Assembly: GCA_004556745.1 (NCBI GenBank) | Contig: SFFY01000002.1 | Location: 10,056 to 74,055, forward strand | Direction of reading: 5' to 3' | Origin: Bacteroidales bacterium | Lineage (GTDB): Bacteria > Bacteroidota > Bacteroidia > Bacteroidales > Bacteroidaceae | Length of the DNA: 64,000 nucleotides | Shown: in pieces, positions 1 through 9,130 of the stretch | Numbering within the stretch: position 1 is the first letter of the stretch | Layout: the number at the start of each line of letters is the position of its first letter | Program-made: the position numbers and the translations under genes | The notes under the pieces: generated by a model | What the model was told of the DNA's origin: nothing | What the model saw: the letters and a program-made list of their open reading frames with translations, nothing else | Databases searched by the model: none

Positions 1-2533
1 CAGCTGCTTCAACATACCATACGTAGTTGGGGTGGTCTTTCCAGTCTACGGCATCAATCTTAGCAGCATCTTCTGCCTCAGACTCTGCAACCTGAGAGCG
101 GAAGCGAATGCCGCCCGTGGTAGCCGTGGTGTTGGAGTAAACCATAGCCTGATTGTAGGTTTCAGACATGCTGCGGATGAGGTAGTAGCTACCTACTGTG
201 GGCAGATAGAGAGAAGCCTTGAATGTAGCGGTAGCGGCTTCGAGAGCTGCGATAGCGTCGTTAATCTGCTGGAGATTCATGTTTCCAGTAACTTGAACGG
301 CATCGATAGCAGCCTGGAAAGCGACCGTGGCATCCTCGGGGAAATAACCGGGCGTAGGATCTGCGGCCGTGGGAGCTGCATCGTGGTAAGCCTGTGCTGC
401 GGCAATAGCATCGGTTACGCGCTTGGAATCAGGCAGCAAAGAGAGGAATGCCTCGTAAGCAGCCTTGAGGGCATCGAGAGTCTCCTGAGTAGCCTCGCTG
501 GTGCTAAGTTCGTCCTTAGCATTTGCGAGCTGTTCGAGAAGTGCGGCGCGAACGTCAGCAGGAACGAGTTCATAGGGAGAGGTAGTGGGATCATACGCAC
601 CTTCGTAGAAGTGAAGTTCAGAGAGATACCAGAAAGGATAGCCTGCGAGCAGTTCGCTGCTTGTGCCGTTGATGCGGTCCTTAACGAGGAGGCGCACGTA
701 GCGAGCGGGTTCAGCGAGTTCGAAGCCGCAAGTACCGATAAAGTTCTGAGAAACGTTCTCGCCAATGGTAGCGTCGATGGTGTAAGTCATGGTAACCGTA
801 CCGTTGTCCGTCCATTCTCCGCTTTCGAGGTCATTGGTGCTCAACACCTGGATAAGGGTAGGATTGCAACCATTGGGGTTCTGCGAACGACGGGCATACT
901 TCAGAGCAAGAGCAGAAACCGGCTTGCCAAGGTCAGCCTGAATATTGTGCCACGTAGCAGGGTCGGGACCGTCGGCAGCGTGCCAAGCGGTGTGGAAGTA
1001 AGTGGTGTAGTCACCGTCGAGCAGATTTGCGAGAGCACCTTCACTGCTTTCAACAGCGTTTGATTCGAGCTGGGCGGCATCAAGCACGAGGTTGTCAGCA
1101 GCATCGCCGAAGTTTTCGCCTTCAGGAGCACCCGAGAACTTGCGGCTGCCAGCGTATGTGCCATTTGCCGTGTTGTAGAGGGCTTGGAGGTTCTTGTTGA
1201 GGGCATCCTGCTTAACGGCCTCTTCAAGGGCTGCTACGCTTTCAGCATCAAGGGTGTAGAACTGGAACTTGTTGCCCGCATCGTTCTTGTCGTTCCATAT
1301 GCAGATATATTTGCCCTGATTAACAGCCGTGTTCCACTGAGAATTGTCGGTTGCGCGCATAATGATGAAAGCGGCACCGCTGGGAGCAGCTTCAACCTTG
1401 AAGGCATTACCGTCGGAATTTACGGTGAAAGCAGTTACGCCCGTTGATTCGGTAGCGTTGCAAGCGCGCTTGCCCGTCTTGAAATTCTCGAAGAACCACT
1501 GACCGGCTTCGTCGCCAGCCGTGATGTGCCAAATGAACTTAGCATCGTCAATCGTGGGAATTTCAGCGGGAGCGGCCTCTTCGCAGAGCAAGAACTTGGC
1601 CTTGGCAGCTTCTGCGTTGTCGTTGTAGAGGTAATACTTCGGCGAACGAGAGTCGCTGATGTAATAGTAGCCTTCTGCCAAGGGATTAACTACGAGCGCA
1701 GCCTTAGCTTCGGCGAGCTTGTCGGCCCATTCCTTAACTTGGTCGAGGGTAAGACCAGGATCGACCCATGCTTGAGAGGCACCTTCGTACACCTTAGCGG
1801 CATTGTCGTAAGCTTCCTTGTTGTATTGACCGGGGTTGTTGCCATAGGGGAACTCTGATTCATTAACGCCATTGGGGAAATACTGATCCATGAAGCCTTG
1901 CAGGATTTGAGCAAAGTCCTTGATTTCATTAGCCTCCCAAATAGTCCAAACGTTGGTATCGTCCCAAGGAGAAAGGAAGGGATTGCCAGAATAGAAACCG
2001 AGATACGTGGGCAGACCGTTATCGCGCAACTGAGCGCGGGTAAAGATATAACCGTGCGCATCATCAGCAGAAACCTGCCAACCAGAAGCCTTACGGCGAA
2101 CGTCTTCCGTTTCTGCCTCATAGGTAAGACACGTGAAGACATAGGCCTCAGCAGCATTGTCGGTCAAAGCCACAAAAGGATCGGCATCTTCCAGAGGATT
2201 GTCGGAAGAGTCGGCTTCGCCTTGCAAGTTGTGGTCTTTGATGTACTTGCCCGTGCTCACCTGCTTCAGGCGGTAGCACTTGTGGCCGTCGGCTTTAAGG
2301 CCATCAACCTCTTCAAACACCATAAGGCAATCATCGGTCACGCGAGTCGAGCCTTTCGTACCGCACATGTAAGTGTCGGTTTCCTGAGTGTTCGTGCGAA
2401 CAAACACCTGCTTACCGACAATCTGCGCCATGTCGTCCAGCTCATAGCCGGGCTCATAGTACTGTGCCTGTACGTTTGCCACACCTGCTACGAAGAACAG
2501 GAGCAGCGAGAGAAAGTAACTGTACTTTTTCAT
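1..2533 (-). CDS. Large secreted multi-domain protein, runs off the left edge (3' end outside window)
   Basis: Missing from the ORF track because it has no stop in the window. My translation from ATG 2533 gives MKKYSYFLSLLLFFVAGVANVQA-QYYEPG (signal peptide); the same frame reads LAEGYYYISDSR near 1650, LPTVGSYYLIRS near 190 and AVDWKDHPNYVWYVEAA at the edge. The + strand ORFs 32..1063 and 1898..2536 are its antisense shadows. Confidence 0.85.
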   Translation of the reverse strand, partial: MKKYSYFLSLLLFFVAGVANVQAQYYEPGYELDDMAQIVGKQVFVRTNTQETDTYMCGTKGSTRVTDDCLMVFEEVDGLKADGHKCYRLKQVSTGKYIKDHNLQGEADSSDNPLEDADPFVALTDNAAEAYVFTCLTYEAETEDVRRKASGWQVSADDAHGYIFTRAQLRDNGLPTYLGFYSGNPFLSPWDDTNVWTIWEANEIKDFAQILQGFMDQYFPNGVNESEFPYGNNPGQYNKEAYDNAAKVYEGASQAWVDPGLTLDQVKEWADKLAEAKAALVVNPLAEGYYYISDSRSPKYYLYNDNAEAAKAKFLLCEEAAPAEIPTIDDAKFIWHITAGDEAGQWFFENFKTGKRACNATESTGVTAFTVNSDGNAFKVEAAPSGAAFIIMRATDNSQWNTAVNQGKYICIWNDKNDAGNKFQFYTLDAESVAALEEAVKQDALNKNLQALYNTANGTYAGSRKFSGAPEGENFGDAADNLVLDAAQLESNAVESSEGALANLLDGDYTTYFHTAWHAADGPDPATWHNIQADLGKPVSALALKYARRSQNPNGCNPTLIQVLSTNDLESGEWTDNGTVTMTYTIDATIGENVSQNFIGTCGFELAEPARYVRLLVKDRINGTSSELLAGYPFWYLSELHFYEGAYDPTTSPYELVPADVRAALLEQLANAKDELSTSEATQETLDALKAAYEAFLSLLPDSKRVTDAIAAAQAYHDAAPTAADPTPGYFPEDATVAFQAAIDAVQVTGNMNLQQINDAIAALEAATATFKASLYLPTVGSYYLIRSMSETYNQAMVYSNTTATTGGIRFRSQVAESEAEDAAKIDAVDWKDHPNYVWYVEAA

Positions 2534-2638
2534 TAACGTAATGGATTTAAGTAAAACAATAAAATTAAAAAGAAAAATTTGCGATGAAAATCTTAGAAAA
2601 TGCCCTTTTCTTAGTAGCAAAGCGGCACTTTCGCGCTT

Positions 2639-2646
2639 CAAAGGTA
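2639..2646 (-). promoter_or_regulatory. Bacteroidetes -7 promoter element (TACCTTTG) for the secreted protein
   Basis: Matches TAnnTTTG about 105 nt upstream of ATG 2533; no clear -33 TTTG. Confidence 0.5.
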
Positions 2647-2768
2647 CGCCTTTTTTTGATATAAGGAAAATATATTCAGTTTTTCGATGTGTTTTAACAG
2701 AAAATACTTGTGCATATACTTATACGACGAGACGATAGAACTCTATTTCTCGGATTGGAATTGAGCAG

Positions 2769-2996
2769 AAGTGCCTGGAAGGCACTACAAAAAGCGCAGC
2801 TTTTTAGTAACCGGGTACGAAGTGCCCGGATAGACTATGCGAGGAAGATGTGCCTGGAAGGCACTACGCCATAGGACATGCTCTTTATACATCGCCACAG
2901 GCGTACTGCCTTCCAGGCAGATCATTGCAATAGCCTCCCCCGAGGACTTCGTCCCCGGTTACCGTCGCTACGCTCCGTAGTGCCTTCCAGGCACTT
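2769..2996. repeat. Nested GTAG-type REP doublet (REPIN-like element)
   Basis: Perfect 20-bp IR AAGTGCCTGGAAGGCACTAC (2769-2788) / GTAGTGCCTTCCAGGCACTT (2977-2996), an inner pair of the same motif (2850-2870 / 2900-2920), and GTAACCGGGTACGAAGT / ACTTCGTCCCCGGTTAC between them. Confidence 0.85.
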
Positions 2997-3116
2997 AATA
3001 CCTAATTCAACTAAAAAGCAAATTCAATTTAAAATATTTGCCCCTTTCAAGGTCAACAATTACGCCCCAAAAAGCAATTTGCTTAGCAGCAAAGCGCAGT
3101 TTTAGGCAGAATGTTG

Positions 3117-3124
3117 TAACTTTG
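3117..3124 (+). promoter_or_regulatory. -7 promoter element (TAACTTTG) for ompH-murI-purD
   Basis: Exact TAnnTTTG 24 nt before ATG 3148. Confidence 0.65.
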
Positions 3125-3147
3125 CTGCCATAATATATTATATGTAT

Positions 3148-3663
3148 ATGAAGAAAATCTTTTTGATGCTTGCGGCGTGCTGCCTTGCTGCTGCCGGCGC
3201 ATGGGCGCAAAGCCAAGTGAAGTACGGGCTGATTAGTTACAGCCAGTTATTGAAAACAATGCCCGACTACCTCGAAGCACAGGCGCAGATGAAGCAGCTC
3301 ACGCAGCAGTACGAGCAAGAAGCTGCCTACAACGAGCAGAACTTCAAGCGGCAGTTTACCGACTTTTTGCAGGGGCAAAAGGAATTTCCCCAGAACATCA
3401 TGCTCAAACGCCAGCGCGACCTGCAAGAGGCCATGGAGAAGAGCCTTGCTTTTCGCCACACCGCCGACAGCCTGCTCAACTGCGCCCGCGAAGACATGAT
3501 GCGCCCCGTTGAGGAACGCCTCAACGCCGCCATACAGGCCGTGGGAATGGAGCGCGGCTACGAATGCGTAGTGAACACCGACAGCAATGCCCTCCCCTTC
3601 GTGCATCACTCGCTTTGCGAGGACGCCATGCCGTTTGTGGAGGAAAAGCTGAGGGAAAAATAA
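3148..3663 (+). CDS. OmpH/Skp family outer-membrane protein chaperone
   Basis: Signal peptide, KYGLISYSQLLKTMPDY, Q/E-rich coiled coil, AIQAVGMERGYECVVN; lies upstream of murI as is usual in Bacteroidetes. Confidence 0.85.
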   Translation: MKKIFLMLAACCLAAAGAWAQSQVKYGLISYSQLLKTMPDYLEAQAQMKQLTQQYEQEAAYNEQNFKRQFTDFLQGQKEFPQNIMLKRQRDLQEAMEKSLAFRHTADSLLNCAREDMMRPVEERLNAAIQAVGMERGYECVVNTDSNALPFVHHSLCEDAMPFVEEKLREK

Positions 3664-3672
3664 TAATCGAAT

Positions 3673-3766
3673 TAGTAGACAAGTGAACAAGTAGACGAGT
3701 AAACGAGACAAGTTACTTATGACATTCCTGTCTCGTCAACTTGTTTACTCGTCTACTCGTTTACTA
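3673..3766. repeat. Inverted array of 8-bp AGTnnACR units
   Basis: TAGTAGACAAGTGAACAAGTAGACGAGTAAACGAGACA ... TGTCTCGTCAACTTGTTTACTCGTCTACTCGTTTACTA. Confidence 0.85.
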
Positions 3767-3780
3767 AAAGAATTATTCCA

Positions 3781-4617
3781 ATGACCACAAGCAATACTTA
3801 TAGTCCGATCGGCGTGTTCGACTCGGGCTATGGCGGACTGACGATATTGCGGCAAATCAGGCAACTGCTGCCGCAATACGACTATCTGTATCTCGGCGAC
3901 AATGCCCGCGCGCCTTACGGGTCGCACTCGTTCGAGGTGATTTACCAATACACGCTTCAAGCAGTCAAGGTGCTCTTCGAGCGCGGCTGCCGCCTCGTGA
4001 TTCTGGCCTGCAACACCGCCTCGGCCAAGGCTTTGCGCACCATTCAGCAGCGCGACTTGCCGCAAATCGATGCCGACCGCCGCGTGCTGGGCGTTATCCG
4101 CCCCACGGTGGAGGCCATCGGCCCGCTCACAAAGACGCGCCACGTGGGACTGCTCGCCACGGTGGGCACGGTGAACTCCGGCTCTTACGGCATGGAAATC
4201 CATAAGCTTTGGCCGGACGTGCAACTCACGGGCGTGGCATGCCCGATGTGGGTGCCGCTGGTGGAGAACTACGAATACGACTCGCCGGGCGCGGACTATT
4301 TCGTGCAAAAGCGCATCGGCGAACTCTTTCGCACCGACCCCGACATCGACACGCTTATCCTCGGCTGCACGCACTACCCGCTGCTGATGAACAAAATCGT
4401 GAAATACATTCCCACCGGCGTACGTATCGTGACGCAAGGGGAATACGTGGCAACGGGTCTTGCTGATTATCTCGGGCGACACCCGAACATGGCGGCGGCG
4501 TGCTCGACAGGCGGCAGCCTGCATTGCCTCACGACGGAAAGCCCCGAGAAGTTTCACGAATGTGCCACGCTCTTCATGCACGAAGAAGCAGAGGTTGAGA
4601 AAATAGTAATTGAATAA
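3781..4617 (+). CDS. murI: Glutamate racemase
   Basis: PIGVFDSGYGGLT, ILACNTAS, ILGCTHYP catalytic motifs. Confidence 0.97.
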   Translation: MTTSNTYSPIGVFDSGYGGLTILRQIRQLLPQYDYLYLGDNARAPYGSHSFEVIYQYTLQAVKVLFERGCRLVILACNTASAKALRTIQQRDLPQIDADRRVLGVIRPTVEAIGPLTKTRHVGLLATVGTVNSGSYGMEIHKLWPDVQLTGVACPMWVPLVENYEYDSPGADYFVQKRIGELFRTDPDIDTLILGCTHYPLLMNKIVKYIPTGVRIVTQGEYVATGLADYLGRHPNMAAACSTGGSLHCLTTESPEKFHECATLFMHEEAEVEKIVIE

Positions 4618-4622
4618 GAATT

Positions 4623-4734
4623 TAGTAAACGAGTAAACAAGTAAACGAGTAAACAAGACAAGTTTCTCCTAAAGAATATAGTTTGCAAGACACTTCTGTC
4701 TCGTATACTTGTCAACTTGTTTACTCGTCTACTA
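4623..4734. repeat. Inverted array of 8-bp AGTnnACR units
   Basis: TAGTAAACGAGTAAACAAGTAAACGAGTAAACAAGACA ... TGTCTCGTATACTTGTCAACTTGTTTACTCGTCTACTA; same family as 3673-3766. Confidence 0.85.
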
Positions 4735-4754
4735 TAAAAACAAAAATATTCCCC

Positions 4755-6026
4755 ATGAACATCCTTTTGCTCGGCAGCGGCGGCCGCGAACATGCGCTGG
4801 CATGGAAAATCGCCCAAAGCAACAAAGTAGACAAACTCTTTATCGCGCCCGGCAATGCCGGAACGGCGCAGGCAGGCACTAATGTGCCGGAACTCAAAGC
4901 AACGGACTTCGACGGCGTAGCCCGCTTCGCCCTCGACCATAATATTAATATGGTAGTCGTAGGACCGGAAGACCCGCTTGTGAAAGGCATTTACGATTAT
5001 TTCCAAAACAATGAGGCCTTGCGCGGCATTCCTGTTATCGGTCCGTCGAAAGCCGGTGCGCAACTGGAAGGTTCGAAAGACTTTGCCAAGGCATTCATGC
5101 TGCGCCACAATATCCCCACAGCGGCTTATGCCACGTTTGATGGCGAGCACCTTGATGAGGGTCTGCGCTTCCTCGAAACGCTCCGCGCTCCCTACGTGCT
5201 GAAAGCCGACGGCCTTTGCGCCGGCAAGGGCGTGCTTATCCTCGAAACGCTCGAAGAGGCCAAGCGGGAACTGAAAGAGATGCTGGGCGGCATGTTCGGC
5301 AACGCGTCTTCAAAAGTGGTGATTGAGGAGTTCCTGAGCGGCATAGAATGTTCCGTCTTCGTGCTTACTGACGGTAAGGATTATAAAATCCTGCCCGAGG
5401 CCAAGGACTACAAGCGTATCGGCGAGGGCGACACGGGACTGAACACGGGCGGTATGGGCAGCGTCTCGCCCGTACCGTTTGCCACCAAGGAATGGATGGG
5501 CAAGGTGGAGCGCGAGATTATCCGCCCCACCGTGGAAGGTCTTGCCGCCGAGGGCATCGACTATAAGGGCTTCATCTTCTTCGGCCTCATCAACTGCGAC
5601 GGCCAACCGAAGGTCATCGAGTACAACTGCCGCATGGGCGACCCCGAAACGGAGACCGTGATGCTGCGTCTGAAAAGTGACCTCGTGGACCTCTTCGAAG
5701 GCGTGGCCGAAGGCACGCTGGCGGAAAAGGAGATTGAGTTCGACGAGCGGGCAGCCGTGTGCGTGATGTGCGTTTCGGGCGGCTATCCCGGCGCATACGG
5801 CAAGGGCTATCCCATCACGGGCGCAGACATTCCGGGCAGCGTGGTGTTCCACGCCGGCACGGCGTTCGGCGCAGACGGGCAAATCGTCACGGCAGGCGGC
5901 CGCGTCATCGCTGTCAGCTCCTATGGCGCCACGAAAGAAGAGGCTTTGCAGAAGTCTATGCAGGGTGCCCGCAACATACAGTTTGAGAAAAAGTATTTCA
6001 GGACTGACATCGGCAAGGATTTGTAG
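4755..6026 (+). CDS. purD: Phosphoribosylamine--glycine ligase
   Basis: [50 protein letters not shown]; start moved to ATG 4755. Confidence 0.97.
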   Translation: MNILLLGSGGREHALAWKIAQSNKVDKLFIAPGNAGTAQAGTNVPELKATDFDGVARFALDHNINMVVVGPEDPLVKGIYDYFQNNEALRGIPVIGPSKAGAQLEGSKDFAKAFMLRHNIPTAAYATFDGEHLDEGLRFLETLRAPYVLKADGLCAGKGVLILETLEEAKRELKEMLGGMFGNASSKVVIEEFLSGIECSVFVLTDGKDYKILPEAKDYKRIGEGDTGLNTGGMGSVSPVPFATKEWMGKVEREIIRPTVEGLAAEGIDYKGFIFFGLINCDGQPKVIEYNCRMGDPETETVMLRLKSDLVDLFEGVAEGTLAEKEIEFDERAAVCVMCVSGGYPGAYGKGYPITGADIPGSVVFHAGTAFGADGQIVTAGGRVIAVSSYGATKEEALQKSMQGARNIQFEKKYFRTDIGKDL

Positions 6027-6049
6027 AATAGGTCTGTTGGTTGAATTAA

Positions 6050-6436
6050 GATAAAAACCATTAAAAACCGCTTGTTCTGTGTGGGCTGTCGCTTGCCTTA
6101 TCGGATAGTCCCCGAGCCTGTGAGCCTGTCGGCTCCCGTCTCGCGTCCTATCCGATAAGGCGGCGGTCGGTGCCCGCCCGCCCCACACAGAACAAGGGAA
6201 AAACCATTAAAAACCCGTTGTCAATGAAGTACCCAGTCATGTCTATATCCACGGCATCAAGGTCTCACGGTTTTTTATGGTTTTTTCCTTGCGACGTTTG
6301 AAGCGGGCGGACACCGACCGCAGCCGCAGGGATTAAGGGCGAGCGTGAGCCGATTAGGCTCACAGGCTCGGCGTTAAGACCAGCGGCGTAGCCCAAAGGC
6401 TTCAAACGAAGCAAGATGTTTTTACTGGTTTTTATC
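6050..6436. repeat. Bipartite structured intergenic element, copy 1 (two multi-branched hairpins head-to-head)
   Basis: Terminal IR GATAAAAACCA / TGGTTTTTATC; stems 6071-6085/6182-6196, 6095-6108/6148-6161, 6288-6304/6399-6415; homologous to 10942-11316. Confidence 0.85.
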
Positions 6437-6493
6437 AATATCATTTGATTAATTCGACCAACGAGTAAAAAGATATTTTCCAAGAAATAACGC

Positions 6494-7435
6494 ATGATGC
6501 AGACTTTCCGCAACAAGATGGCGACGAGCACGTTTACGCTGCCCGTGGTTTCGGTGCTCACGTTTATCGTGTGGGTGACCGATGCCGCGGGCAGCCGCGC
6601 AATGTGGATAAGCCTGCTCCTCGCCGCGCTCACGGCCTACGCCCTCGCGGAATGGAACAACCGCTACGGCCTGCTGCGCATACGCTCGCGCTTCGTCAGC
6701 ACGTCGTTTCTGCTGCTGATGTGCGCCTGCCCCTTCCTGCACACCGCCGCCGAGGGCTTAGCACCCGCGCTCTGCCTCGCGGTAAGTTACCTGCTGCTCT
6801 TTGCCTGCTACCAGCAACCGCGCTCGCAAGGAAAGGTGTTCCACGCCTTTCTCTCCACCGGCATCGCCACAATGCTCACTCCCGTGGCGTGGCTGCTCGT
6901 GGTGCCGCAATATATCTTCATGACCTTTCAGTTGCGCTGCCTCACGTGGCGCACGTTCGTGGCGGGACTGCTCGGGCTGGCCGTGCCATATTGGTGCACG
7001 TTCGTGTGGACGGTCATTACTGGTGACCTCACAACGGCTGCGTTGGCTTTCGCGGACAACATCTCGGGCGCGTGCCATGCGCCCTTGCTTGCAATGCCCA
7101 ACTACGCGCTGCTCTCCCTGCCCGAAAAGGTGGTAGGCCTCTACCTCGCCGCGCTCTCGGTCATCGGCATCTTCCATTATTTCCGCACCTCCTACAACGA
7201 CCGCATCCGCGTCAGGATGTTTTTCCACAGCATCATCATCACCGAAATCTTCCTGCTCGCCGCCGCCTTCCTGCTGCCGCAGCACTTTGCGTGGTCCTTC
7301 CCCCTGCTCATCGTGAACAGCGCGCCGCTCATCGCGCACTACTGGACGCTGGCACGCGGGCGCGGCATCGAGATTTGGTTTTGGGCAATGACTATATTAT
7401 ATATATGTATAGCCGTTGCCACCCATATTTTATAG
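6494..7435 (+). CDS. Conserved Bacteroidales integral membrane protein (function unknown)
   Basis: 313 aa, about 9 hydrophobic segments, NNRYGLLRIRS and SYNDRIRVR motifs; host-like codon usage. Confidence 0.75.
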   Translation: MMQTFRNKMATSTFTLPVVSVLTFIVWVTDAAGSRAMWISLLLAALTAYALAEWNNRYGLLRIRSRFVSTSFLLLMCACPFLHTAAEGLAPALCLAVSYLLLFACYQQPRSQGKVFHAFLSTGIATMLTPVAWLLVVPQYIFMTFQLRCLTWRTFVAGLLGLAVPYWCTFVWTVITGDLTTAALAFADNISGACHAPLLAMPNYALLSLPEKVVGLYLAALSVIGIFHYFRTSYNDRIRVRMFFHSIIITEIFLLAAAFLLPQHFAWSFPLLIVNSAPLIAHYWTLARGRGIEIWFWAMTILYICIAVATHIL

Positions 7436-7439
7436 AAGA

Positions 7440-7895
7440 ATGGAACAACTTGTAGAATATCTCATCAGCTACGGCAGTTACGGCATGTTTGTCGCCGCCT
7501 TCCTTGCGGGGAGCTTCTTCCCGTTCAGCTCAGAACTGGTAATGCTCGGACTGCTCGGCATCGGTGCCGCGCCCGACGAACTGCTGGTTTGGGCCACGGC
7601 GGGCAACACGCTCGGCGGCGCGTTCAACTACGGCATCGGTTCCTTGGGGCGCGAGGAATGGATCACGCGCTGGTGCAAGGTATCGCCCGAGCGACTGCAC
7701 AAGAGTCTCAGCGGCGTGCGCCGTTACGGAGCGTGGGCGGGCCTGCTGGCGTGGGTGCCGATACTCGGCAGCGTCATCACCGTGGCGATGGGTTTCCTGC
7801 GCGTGCGCTTCATCTACGCCATTGCTACCGTAGCCGTGGGAAAATACGTGCGCTACTGGCTGCTTATCCAGGCGTATCTCCAAGCCGCCGGCTAA
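7440..7895 (+). CDS. YqaA/DedA (VTT domain) family membrane protein
   Basis: FVAAFLAGSFFPFSSE, ATAGNTLG, YGAWAGLLAWVPILG, GKYVRY. Confidence 0.9.
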   Translation: MEQLVEYLISYGSYGMFVAAFLAGSFFPFSSELVMLGLLGIGAAPDELLVWATAGNTLGGAFNYGIGSLGREEWITRWCKVSPERLHKSLSGVRRYGAWAGLLAWVPILGSVITVAMGFLRVRFIYAIATVAVGKYVRYWLLIQAYLQAAG

Positions 7896-7967
7896 GCCCA
7901 TAAGCCCTATAAACACTATAATATCTGTGCGTTGGTGGAAATAGTAAAAAACCACGCCGCGCAGAAA

Positions 7968-8168
7968 GACAACTACAAGTTGTCAAAAAGTTGTCCCTGT
8001 TGTCGTCATAATGAAAACGGCAATGCAGACAATAAATGTTGTCAAAAGTTGTCCCTGTTGTCGTAAAAATAAAAACGACAACATAGACAACGTAAGACAA
8101 CTCCGACCCTGACATTCATGCGCTTAATATGACGACAACAGGGACAACGGGGCGTATTTTATACGCCC
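7968..8168. repeat. GACAAC/GTTGTC-rich repeat element
   Basis: Perfect 21-bp IR 7990-8010 / 8128-8148; ~28-bp direct repeat 7979-8007 / 8038-8064; many GACAAC hexamers; ends in the REP-like hairpin GGGCGTATTTTATACGCCC. Confidence 0.8.
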
Positions 8169-8253
8169 GCCGCGCAAGATAATTTGTCAGCCTGGTTTCC
8201 TAATAGAAAATATAGCGGTTCATTCAACTAACAAGTAAGTATCTATAACATCT

Positions 8254-9126
8254 ATGAAATCTATAATCTCCCTCCTCTCCCTAATTTGCCTCTTGCTGGC
8301 ACTCTGCCTCGCAGGCTGCAAAAATGCCCACGGTCCCACCCCAGAGCGCACTATCACCGTGAGCATCGCGCCGCTCTCGGGCATGGCAGCCGCCATCGCT
8401 GGCGAGCAGTTCGGCGTAAGCACGCTGATGCCCGAAGGCATGAGTCCCGAGACCTACGAACTCACGCCGGGACGCGTGCTGGAACTGGGCAACAGCAGTT
8501 TGCTCCTGCGTGTGGGCAGCCTCGGCTTTGAGCAGACGCTCACGGAGCGGCTCGGGGGCGCCATGCCTGCCACGCGGATTGTGAGTCTCGGCAACAATAT
8601 CGATAAACTCGAAGACAAGGCCTGCGACCACGCATCTGGCGAAGATCCACACCTGTGGATGTCGCCGCGCAACATGCAGGCCATGGCGAACAACCTGTGC
8701 CAAGCGCTTTGCGAGACCGACACCGCCAACGCCCCCACCTATCGCGCTGCCGCCGACCGCTATAAAGCGCATCTCGACAGCGTGGCAGCGGAAGTGGCCC
8801 GTCGCCTCAGCACGGCCACGTGCCGCACCTTCCTCATCCATCACCCCGCGCTCGGATACTTTGCCCGCGACTTCGGCCTGCGGCAGATAGCCGTGGAGCG
8901 CAACGGCAAAGAGCCTTCGCCCCGCCAGTTGCAGCAAATCGCCCAGTTGTGCCGCGCAGAGGGCGTGCGCGTGGTGTTTGTATCGCGTGAGCACTCGGGC
9001 AAGACCGCCCGCCGCATAGCAGAAACCATCGGGGCAAAGGTCGTGGAGATCAATCCCCTCTCGGCCAACATTGAAGAAGAGTGGCTGAAGATTGCCGACG
9101 CGATGCAGCAACCCCCTACCCCTTGA
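8254..9126 (+). CDS. Zn/Mn ABC transporter substrate-binding lipoprotein (ZnuA-like)
   Basis: Lipobox LAGC, SPETYE, DPHLWMSP, HPALGYFARDFGL, GKEPSP. Confidence 0.9.
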   Translation: MKSIISLLSLICLLLALCLAGCKNAHGPTPERTITVSIAPLSGMAAAIAGEQFGVSTLMPEGMSPETYELTPGRVLELGNSSLLLRVGSLGFEQTLTERLGGAMPATRIVSLGNNIDKLEDKACDHASGEDPHLWMSPRNMQAMANNLCQALCETDTANAPTYRAAADRYKAHLDSVAAEVARRLSTATCRTFLIHHPALGYFARDFGLRQIAVERNGKEPSPRQLQQIAQLCRAEGVRVVFVSREHSGKTARRIAETIGAKVVEINPLSANIEEEWLKIADAMQQPPTP

Positions 9127-9130
9127 CATC

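Noticed and set aside
32..2536. Plus-strand ORFs 32..1063, 1184..1447, 1526..1858, 1898..2536
   Set aside because: Codon-aligned antisense shadows of the minus-strand gene at 1-2533; no protein-like motifs.
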